From: Magallana gigas
Taxonomy: Eukaryota
DNA: 64,000 nucleotides
Assembly: GCF_963853765.1 (NCBI RefSeq)
Contig: NC_088857.1
Coordinates: forward strand, 47,678,001-47,742,000
Direction of reading: 5' to 3'
This document shows positions 14,901 to 25,219 of this stretch, in pieces. The notes beneath the pieces are model-generated. The model was not told the origin of the DNA, made no database searches, and was given only the letters and a program-made list of their open reading frames with translations. The position numbers were made by a program, and so were the translations under genes. Every line of letters starts with the position of its first letter. The first letter of the stretch is position 1.

Positions 14901-15505
14901 TTCAGATGTCTTAGAATATTGTCTTTTTTGTTGACTCTATAATTTATAGAGACATTATTATTATTAAATATTATGACTATTTTTTCCTTTTATGAGTAAC
15001 TCTGTGACTATTGACAGGTAGACGGTTTTTATCTCTTTAAGAATCAGGTGTAACTTTTTGTATATCCCGACATGTGATCTTATTTTTGCATTTTATGTGG
15101 TTCAATCTGGCCAGAACGCAGAAACGAACAAAAGTGCAGAATTTTTTAGAAAACTTGTTAATTATGCACTGAGATTAAATCTTTTGTTCTCAACAATAGT
15201 TGCCTTTGCATTTCATCATCAGGAACTTTATACAAAAAAATAAGAAGCCAAAAAATTTTGTTGTTATGTCAGATATATGCAATAAAAATATGATCGTCAG
15301 AACTTGCGCATTTGTTCAGATTTCATCTTTCAGGTGTTCGTACCTTTGTTTTTAAGGGTTCTCCACACCTTTCAGAAAAGTTAAGCATACAAGTCCTAAC
15401 TTCTTTATTAACTAGAGATATGAATTCTAGCATGCATTCTACTTGAAAATGACAGAAAAAAAATTAATTTAGGGCACAGGGGCCTGTCACGAAGTGTTTT
15501 TAAGT

Positions 15506-15566
15506 TTTTATATCTACCACCTCTATACAATAAATATTATATTGTACAGAGGTGGTAGATATAAAA
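15506..15566. repeat. Inverted repeat with 27-bp arms, one mismatch and a 7-nt loop
   Basis: ttttatatctaccacctctatacaata (15506-15532) pairs with tattgtacagaggtggtagatataaaa (15540-15566). Confidence 0.9.
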
Positions 15567-16819
15567 CAAAAGCCCTGCTGTATTCTAACTCGGGACCTGT
15601 GGGTCAGTTGCCTATAGCTATACCAATTGCACTACAGAGTTCCACAACCAAATTGATATAAACAGTTTCAAAATGGGTTGAAATCACTATATACTGTCAT
15701 AAGAAGTAAAAGAAATGGGGTGCCAAGGACCCTTAAACTCATATTTTGCTCACTCTCTCTTGAATAAGTTTTTTATGAATTTTAACCCTTATTTAAGTTA
15801 AGTTTTTAATATTTTTAACTTGGTTGAAACAACTGAATGGTTTTTTACCTTAATTGGAATGTAGCTACTTGTAACTTCAGTGGTAGATAAACATGAATCA
15901 ATCATATGGAGAAAAATTCCGCATAAACAGCTAAAAATATTGAACTACCTGACAAAATGATTGGCCTAAAGAGACAAATAAACAGTTTAGGGGCCTAAAA
16001 TTGAAATGTTTTCTTGCAATTAGATGTATTGGATTAGTTCTAGTTAAAAACCAACATTTATAAAGGGTTTTTGGCATGCATAGTCACCAATTTTTTTTTT
16101 ATATTGCATACAATGATACCTATTGATGTAAGAAGAAGCAAACTGGCAAAAAAAAGGGCAACTGATGCTTTAGTAACGGAGACTAAAAATAAAAAAAAAT
16201 TGAAAATTTTATCGACTTCAAAGCATAAATACAGTGAAAAACACCTGTATCCAAGTGCCAGAGACAAGTGATTTCCCTGTTATAAGAGTAATTCGATATA
16301 TCCGTCTAGTTTACATTATATTAAAGTCACGGTAAATGAAAATCATTTACGGTAGCTGTAAGTGTCAATTCATTATAAGCTTGTTAGCTTTAACAGTATT
16401 TTACTGTAGAGGAAATAATCGCTGCTTATGTAAGTTTTTATATAAAATATAAATTTAACTATGTGGTCAAATTTCAAACTAAGTTTAAAATGTAAAAAAT
16501 GTTACCATGGAAACCAATGATGATTTTTTAAAACTTTATTTTTTAGGCTCAACTGAACAGAAGGTTCAAGTGAGCTTTTCTGATCACCTGTTGTTCAGGG
16601 TCCATCCATTTGTCTGTCTATCTATCTGTCTATAAACTTTTACACATTTTTACTTCCCTAGAAATAGTGCAAAGTATATTTATGTAAAGGGGGTTTTAAA
16701 TTGTTAAAAATAAAAGACAAAGTTCAACATAGAATTAAATAGGGATAATGTTTAAAATTCTTTTCAAGATCGAACTACAATGACACAATGTGTAAGATTA
16801 CTAAGCAAGCATCCTAATA

Positions 16820-17021
16820 TACTGTGGTTTCATTTATATTGAAGGGTATCAATTTTCGTGGATTAAGTGAAAATCAAGGATATGTAAATTTGTTGGCAAT
16901 GATCCTATCTACACAATATGGTATTTGCAATGCACTTCAATGAATATTTAATTTCATGGATCAACTTTACAATGAAATCCATGAAAATTGGTCTTCAACA
17001 AATATTGATGAAACCACAGTA
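16820..17021. mobile_element. TA-flanked MITE (Tc1/mariner type), nested in the Helentron-type element
   Basis: TIRs TACTGTGGTTTCAT ... ATGAAACCACAGTA; a related partial copy starts at 42684. Confidence 0.75.
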
Positions 17022-17419
17022 GTATATATTTGAAGTTGTTAAAACCGTGACCCTCGTACCGGAAGAGGAATTCAAAGTTTAACAAAGAACATAGGGAATA
17101 TATGGGAAAAGTTATCAAAAATCTTCTTTTTAAAAACATTAATACCACAAACTGTGAGATTACTATGCAGGCATTCTCAGATAGTATAAATTGTAAATTA
17201 TTCAGACCTTAACCCGGGACCATTTGGGGGCCCCAAGAAGAGTTCATTGCTTTTCATAGAAATATATACCGGTAGGGAAAATCTTTAAAGATCTTCTTCT
17301 CAGGCATTTGGCCCCCATAATTTGCTATTTTTAAAGTGTTTCAGGTACATTAAATTGTTGTTATATTTAGAATTGATTATATTAAACATGTTTTCACCAG
17401 TTAATTTATTTGTACCCAA

Positions 17420-17810
17420 TGGCAGTATATGACATCAGAAGTGAAGCTACCATTGTAATTCAATCAAAATCAGTCAAAAATTAACTTTTATTTGCATTTT
17501 TTTAATAAAAAATATTGAGCGAAGCTTTGAACAAGAACAAAGTATTTGTCAAGTCTTGGTGAAATACATCTTTGATCAAAATATTTTGTCTAAGCAATTG
17601 CTCAATGTTTTCTGATAGAAACACTGCTTGAAAACAAATCTTTTTATGCTAAAAATGCAAAAAAAAGGTAGAAAATTGGTGAACTTTTTGATGTCATATT
17701 CAAAATCACATGCATTTGGATTAAAATAAGAATTATGAAGAAAAAAAAATTCACATGCTTATTTGTACATAGGAAGCAAAAAATTATTACAGTAATTTGA
17801 TGATGTTCAT
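17420..17810. repeat. Dispersed repeat, homologous to 28964-29270
   Basis: Shared collinear blocks gacatcagaagtga, tgtaattcaatcaaa, tcaatgtttt, tgcttgaaaa, ttttatgctaaaaatgcaaaa, ttttgatgtcatatt, ggaagcaaa, attacagtaa. Confidence 0.75.
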
Positions 17811-19219
17811 TTTAGGGGGTCATATTAGGCTCATAACATATACCTGTGTATAGTTCTTTGTGAGATTTCTATGCAGGAATCCTCCAATGGCATAGGTTGT
17901 AAATTGTTCTAACCATAACCCAAACCCATACCAAATTTGGGGCCACAAGAAGGGTTCAAAATTTAACATAAATATATATATAGGAAAAAATGTTTAGATT
18001 CTTTTCCTGGAGAACTACAATGATACGTTTATAAATGTTACTATGTAAGCATCCTCATATCTTCATACCCTCAATTCAAGGTCACAGTGACCTTCTTTCA
18101 CTTTTTATAATTATTTGTACTTAATTTTCTTAATTTGTTATCTTTCATACATTGAGGCCTTGACTGATAAGATTGGCCAGTTGATGATTCGTATACATAT
18201 TAGGAAATGATATCCAAAAGTGAAGGCTTCTGTTTACATTTATTGTTTTAATGTATTATTGTTGTTCAGGTGAGCGATGTGGCCCGGGGGCCTATTGATT
18301 TTTTGTTTTGTTTATCGTAGAAGTTAACATAAAATCAAAGTAATAAATGTATATAGTGTTTTTTAAAACATTGTAAATGAGACCTGTTGCTATATGGAAA
18401 CAAGGTTAAAATTAAGAAGAAGTGATTCTAAAATGCGAAATTTAGTATTAGGTTTAACGACAATTTAGAGGAACCATACCATTCTTTGTTTGCTATTTGA
18501 AGGCATGTAAGCATTATGCAGCAACATGAATCTGTCGTTGCCTAAAAAATATTTGGACTCGGAAATTCATTCAGAAAATATATATTAAAATTTTTAAAAA
18601 CGTCATAACCAACGGCAAAAGTGAAGTTTCAGTTGATATTATATGGAAGTGTACATGTATGGTCATTCCGATTAATTTATTTTGAAGCATCGTGTCACTT
18701 GTATGAATAAAAGTTCTTCAAATGTACCGTAAAATATTTTATTTGTGATTCTGCTTAATGTCATCCAGCTGCAGCCCAGCTCCAGAGATCAACAACACAT
18801 ATAATTAATGTGTGGTGTATTTGTGGTGTATTAAAAGAGATAGACAAACAAAACTTGAACAACCGTACCTTCCCTAGTCGTTTCGGCGGGTCTCGGAAAG
18901 AGCGCCTTAAATTTTATACATTCAACAGACGTTTTAACTGCACAAAATCAGCACCACCACCACCCCCCCACCACCACCAACCCAAACAAAGTATTCAATT
19001 GACAGAGGTCAACATCTCTACCGAAGTATATGTTTTAAGTTATGTCTTTGATTACAATAATTAATTTTAGCCCCAATCTCAACAAGTGGTAGTCTACTCT
19101 ATATACTAGAATATACTTCAATGATTACACAATGGGAAGGTGTTGGACACGTTAGTCATTTGAGGTCAAACTTCCAAGCAGTCAGGTGCCCGGTCATTGA
19201 ATGTTCTGTTGTGTTTTAG

Positions 19220-20944
19220 CTCACCTGGGCTGATTTCTCCCGAGAAATGGACCGACCAGACCGTGAGGTGTGCCGTGCTTGCTCTACTAAAGGAAATGAG
19301 CCAGTCAACTCTTGCCAAATTGTGTCCTCTTACTCAGGTAAGCGCTTCATGTTCTTTGCAATCGTCATCATCAAAAATCACAGTTGTTTTCCAACCAGCC
19401 TTGTGAATTTTGATAGTCCGCATGATAAGACTGTTTTCAATCACGTTCCATTTAGATTAGAAATAGAGCTTTTCATTTCGATTTCAAGTTTATGAAAATT
19501 GTTTACAAGATATATCAACGGTGGATGTGTCGAAAGGCCACCGGGTTGTAGCTCTAAAATCAATTTGTGAACAAATAATTAATTGTTGTGATCATACAGC
19601 GTTAATAAACAATATTCCTCTGAAAAGGTAATTTGTGCTTTATCCGTTCTCAGGAGGCTTTGGGAACTTATCACGTAAATTTATTAATTATAAATTTTAA
19701 CCCTTATATAAGCAACACGTACGATTGTTCAGTTTAAATGAAATGTCTACGACGAGCCGCGTAACAATCATATCCTTTTTACAAATCCGTGGCCTCTTTT
19801 TCAGTCTGCGATCTCCAATATTGCCAACTGGAAATACACAAGCAAAGTCAGTGCCGATAAATGTAAGGAGTTCGGTGTTTGGTATAAACAATACCATTCG
19901 ATGAAAGGTATGACTTCATGCATGTACACTCTATACCAATATTCATGTATTGTTGTTTTTTAAATGAATCCATCGTCCGAAACTCGCCGACAGTTTCGCA
20001 TAACTTACTGACCATGGGTCAACTCGCCTGAATATTTCTTGTTCTCATAAATACTAGCAATTATATTATATTCTTTATGTGCTTAAGATGTGCATCTTAT
20101 GTCATTTTGCACAACATGAGAAAATGTACATGTATCAACAATAATTCATTTTATAAATACATTCTGTGTTTAGAAAATTTCAATATCATGAGTAAAATTT
20201 GTTCTTAACACGTTAAGAGTTTCGCTCGATGATTTGTGAATAACAGTTCAAAAGTAAGGATACGTGAGTTACAGCAGAGTCCGTTAACTCGGTGGGAATT
20301 TATATTATATGAAATTCTAAATGATTTAATTCATTCGGATTTGATTGTATCTCCTATTATACGTTCTATCAAGTATCCCCTCCTTATTTATTATCGATAA
20401 TTGAATTCGGCTAAAGGGGCAGGAATTGTACGCCACCAGAAGCTGGTTTTCATACGATTTTGAATGTTCCCTTTTACTTTCAGAGATTCGTGGTGAAAAT
20501 TTTGGGATACCCAAGGATTCAAGATTGACATTTCACCCCCAACATGAAATTCCGCAAATGAGGAAATGGTTCCATTCATGCAAGACTCCTTCTGATGAAA
20601 AATTGAAGTTTTTTGCAGCTGAACTGAATAAAGGTCACGTGAGACAAGAGAGACCGAACGTGACTGTTGCTAAACTCAAGATATGGTGGAAAAATGAACG
20701 ACAAAGAGAAAAACGAATGCAGCAGCAGACGCAATCCGAAAACGAGGCTCATGGCGGGAAATGCGATGAAGATGAATCCCAGCCGTCAACATCATCAGAC
20801 GAAATTGCCTCAACATCCAAATCATACGTCGAACTTACAAACGTATCGAACGATTTGCTTACGTCTGAATTATTATGTAAGAATAGCTTTTCCAGTGAAG
20901 GATCGAATACGGGCGACTTGTTCCATGACGCAGATTTTCACTGA
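19220..20944 (+). CDS. Compass/SATB-like 3' cassette B: exons 19220-19337, 19805-19907, 20484-20944, CUTL plus one atypical homeodomain
   Basis: Translation SPGLISPEKWTDQTVRCAVLALLKEMSQSTLAKLCPLTQ|SAISNIANWKYTSKVSADKCKEFGVWYKQYHSMK|EIRG...SRLTFHPQHEIPQMRKWF...KLKIWWKNERQREKR. The first two exons align with the SATB1 CUTL domain as recalled ([61 protein letters not shown]). All junctions are GT-AG and in frame (phases 2,0,1). The TGA stop overlaps AATAAA at 20944-20949. Confidence 0.85.
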
Positions 20945-21478
20945 ATAAAGCACTGACATCGATGTCCAGAGGATTGCTTTGCAAATTATTCTGGATATGA
21001 ACAGAAACATATTCAGTGAATATATTGAAGGAATTTATTTTTAATGATTATTCATCACAAATATATCAAATATAGTCAACATTTTGGAAACTTATATAAT
21101 GTTACTGGACACATTGAGTTACATAGTAACGAACTTGATACCACAACGGTCGTGTATCTCGGAGTAAAAATAGCTTGTAATGACCTTAACATTGACGAAA
21201 GTAGAACTAACCTCTACAAAAGACAAATGTGGTTGATTATGATGAGAGATGTTCTACCAATATGTCAACCAACCCCAAACCAAACCTTCGTTTTGTTACT
21301 TATGCAATAGGATCAAGAGTTACATTTCATTAGACTCTCAACTTGGATTGTATTCTGTTTCATTTATTTCTTGTTGTTATGGAATTGAAAATGTTTTGTG
21401 TTAACATTGAATCAAAAAGTTTTTGTCTCTCATTTTCATATAAGACAGTAGTGAGTACTGTGCCGGTTGCAGTTTGTT

Positions 21479-22290
21479 TTTATTAGTTCACCTGATCCAA
21501 AGCTTTTCCGTTGTCAGTCGTCGTTTTTTCGTCGAGTCGTAAACTTTTCGGTTTTGTCTTAAAAACCAATAAGGCCATTTTTTCAAAATGGACACAGTGC
21601 ATCCTTTGGTATAGTGGATGCTAGTTTCATTAAATGAAGTGTCAAGGCATCTCTCAAGGGCTGATTAAACAGATTTTGTGGTTTTTTAAAAAAGAATTCT
21701 TCTCTAGAACTCCTGCATTAAAAATGATGTAAGGTATGAGTATATTATTTGTATACAGTGAAGATTAATCTTTGTTCAATTTATGAAACACATGGACAGA
21801 AGAGGCTACAACAAGGGATCAAACTTTTACATTACGTTAAATAAAACATAATGGAAATTAAAATCGTCCAAAGAACATGTCATACTTCTAGGGAAGCATC
21901 CACAAGACTTGTTCATGTAGATTCAATATTGTTGTGTTTTTTTTAATCATAAATTTCAAATAAGGTCGGGTCAACTACGTTAAAAGAGGATCATAATTTT
22001 CCATAAAATTATGATAGAAAAAAAATCTTTTCAAAAAATGTTCACGAAAAAAAATTAAGACTACTTAGTATTATTAGTCACATTTAAAGGAAGCGTCCTT
22101 ATAAAGCTGGTGATTATAGATTAAAGTTTTTTCTTAAAGATTATGGCCCCTGGGAGTAGAGTTGGGAACTTACAGAATCAAACTTTTACATGGAGATGTA
22201 TTTCTGCAAAGAATACATGGGAGTATGTGTTATCTTTTCATGCAATGATTGCTACATTTATAGTTTGTATGTAAAAATGAACAAGAAGAC
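21479..22290 (-). mobile_element. Degenerate Helentron-type element fragment
   Basis: Starts with ttattagttcacctga...gtcgtcg...cgtaaactttt, resembling the reversed terminus of the other copies; the right end is uncertain. Confidence 0.4.
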
Positions 22291-23793
22291 ATCTATATAA
22301 AGTTAGTGAAAATGTAAAATGCATGTCGATCTACTGAGTAAGCTGATGTTTGGGATTGACGAAAGTCTTACTATTTGGAAGTATGACGTCAGTCGGTGCA
22401 GTCTGCAGTCTGTGTTTTTATTGTAGCCACAGTTTCGATCATGAAATATATTATAACATTGGTACTTGTATTTGAAGAATTGGTATCACTTTGTGAAATG
22501 AACACTGCTAAATATAATGGGTTAGAAGGCGGATTTGTATTAATTAGATCGTGTTATTCAGCTATGTCAATGGCTATAGGATCGAAATCAGATTTCTTAA
22601 GAATATTAAGAGAGAAAGTTATTAAAATTCTAAAGTATACAAGTACCTTCATAGAGGTAGTAGATTCAAGTTTGTCGAAGCTTGACCCCTGGGGATAGGG
22701 GAGAGTTTCAATAAGAGATCAAAACTAATTTACATCTGCGTTTACAAACTGAAGCACTCCATGTGCTAAAAATCACGTAAGCACCATATAACCTTTTGCC
22801 AAGTAGTTAAAAATAAAAGAATTAAAGAAATTAATAATCAAATTAGAAGCGTACAACTGTGAACACGTGATACAAAGCACGTGTTAACTCGAGACACGTA
22901 TGTAAAAGGTGTTTAGCAAATGATTTACAAAAATTAATTTTAACTATTTCAGTCTCTATAAGTATATTCTATTGGTTATAATATAAGTTATATAAATAGG
23001 TATACCTGATAGTTATTCCTGTAGCATGATTGACCCTAATTGAGCAAAGTCGCAATTTCGAATTAATCTGTATAAAATTCCTGAAATGATTTGAACATTT
23101 TGAATATACATGTATATATACTCTATAAGGATGCGTTATAAAAGAAAATAACTTTCATAAAATTTTAAAAATTTCAACTTGATAGCCAAAAATATGTAAA
23201 TTAGTATCAAAAAATAAATAAAAACGGTTCAGGTAATATTTTTGAAGGGTGTATTTATATGAAGAAGTCATTATACTATACAGTCATTTTATTTGATGTC
23301 GCTTAAGAGAATTAGTACATGTATATTCAAGCAAAATGATATAAAGGAAGTGCACATATCCCAAATGCACCCCCCATCCCCCAATTTTTTGTATTGGTTT
23401 TAAAAGTGCTATTTTAATTTACTTCTTGAAATGCATTGAAAATTGCATATATGACATATCAATACACTTAGCATTTGGAATTCCATTAAAAAAAACTGTA
23501 TGATTTTACATTTTCTTATCCAACACGTTTTGCACTGAGTGTTACACAAGAATATGTGAAACTTTGTACTTGGAAATAGAAACATATACTTTCAAAAGAC
23601 ATCTGGTTTTTTTTTTTTGCATTAGTAACTTTCTTATATATTTTTAAAGAAATGGTCCGAAGGAAGAGAATCAGTATTCAAAGGTGTTACCCGTGCGGCG
23701 TCCTGAAAGAAAGTGAATTAGCGCGTCACCAACATTACGTGACCAAATAGAGCCCTCTCTTCTTCTTGATAATACACATTTAAAAATTGTAAA

Positions 23794-23797
<4 letters not shown>

Positions 23798-23885
<88 letters not shown>
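23798..23885. repeat. (TA)n followed by short (CA)n microsatellite
   Basis: Visible dinucleotide runs. Confidence 0.97.
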
Positions 23886-23886
<1 letters not shown>

Positions 23887-23989
23887 AAATAACAGAAAGC
23901 CGATTCAAAACTCTACCGGTTTCATTATAATCTTCCTGAAGATTATAATGAAACCGGTAGAGTTTTGAATCGGCTTTCTGTTATTTTGT
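23884..23989. repeat. Perfect palindrome with 52-bp arms and a 2-nt loop
   Basis: 23884-23935 is the exact reverse complement of 23938-23989. Confidence 0.93.
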
Positions 23990-24014
23990 ATTATTTATTA
24001 CTTGTGTGGATTAA

Positions 24015-24168
24015 NNNNNNNNNNNNNNNNNNNNNNNNNNNNNNNNNNNNNNNNNNNNNNNNNNNNNNNNNNNNNNNNNNNNNNNNNNNNNNNNNNNNNN
24101 NNNNNNNNNNNNNNNNNNNNNNNNNNNNNNNNNNNNNNNNNNNNNNNNNNNNNNNNNNNNNNNNNNNN
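24015..24168. other. Assembly gap (N run)
   Basis: 154 Ns. Confidence 1.
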
Positions 24169-25219
24169 ATTCCTAAAAATTAGAGCGAAAAATCGTTATT
24201 TGTATTCATTGCTTTCTTTTGGTGTTTCATGAGGATATGATCGCAGAAAAAAAATATATATAGCCTAGCAATTCGTGGATAATTAATGTTTTCTATATTT
24301 GTATGAATAATTAATCTCAATTTGGACTCAAAGCAGACAAATATGAGACGTACAAGAACAAGACATGCAAAAGGTTTTTCTTTGTTTGTTTGTTTTTTTA
24401 TGATATTCGAAGCTCCTATTTTTCCGATTTAAATAAAATTAAAACAACAAGCGCATGTTATCGACATGCATTATTATCCTAAATCACGATAGAATATGTT
24501 GGATGCCTCAACTCGTTTTGACTGAAGGGAGCCAACTCGCACTAATCTTTTTTTTTCGTCAATTAGTAAGACCCGGCATACGCGAATGTGATAAAGAACG
24601 ACATGTCAAAACTCCTTTTCGATTTTGTTTGGAAATAATTATTAAAGCACATTAATTTCTTTTTTTCGGTGAGTATCCTACTTGAATCAGAATCACACAA
24701 ATATACACACGTCATTGGTATTTCTATGTCGTTAATAAGAATACACGCTTTGTTTCTATGAGCAGTAGCATGATTAATTGAAATCAAGCTTTAGAGTTGA
24801 CCTGTGATCAAATCAACAAATGAAAACTTCCACTTTGAACCGACTTTCTATTGCATTTGAGTCAAATTTTTGACAGATTTTTCATACATTTAATAAGAGC
24901 CATTACTTTCTTTGAAGGCAGTAAGACTGAATTCGAAGAGGTGTTGACCATTCAATTTCCCGATGATTTCATGTTGAGAACTCAACCCGCGTCATATAAT
25001 CATAATCCACAGAGCCCCATTTAACTGTGGAAGACAAATAAAGGTAAGGCTGTCAGTTACATTGGTTTTGTATTATTCACATAAAATTATTTTGTCAAAT
25101 AATGAAGCTTCAGCTTATTCTAATTGCATTAGATAGGAAATTTTAAAGCATTTAGTATTGTCTGGTTATAAAGTATATGTATTCTTACACTTTTGATATT
25201 TGACATATTTCTAGGCACC

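Larger units (their letters stand above)
16541..18298 (-). mobile_element. Non-autonomous Helentron-type (HINE-like) element, reverse orientation, with nested insertions
   Basis: The ends are reverse complements of the termini at 46865/47640 and 51837/52735 (ttcaagtgagcttttctgatca at the left; tcaggtgagcgatgtggccc at the right). Confidence 0.65.

Noticed and set aside
16058-16271. Lys-rich ORF as a first exon for cassette B
   Set aside because: No ULD similarity and no phase-2 donor.
23671-24232. ORFs with YI repeats or X runs
   Set aside because: Products of the (TA)n microsatellite and the N gap.
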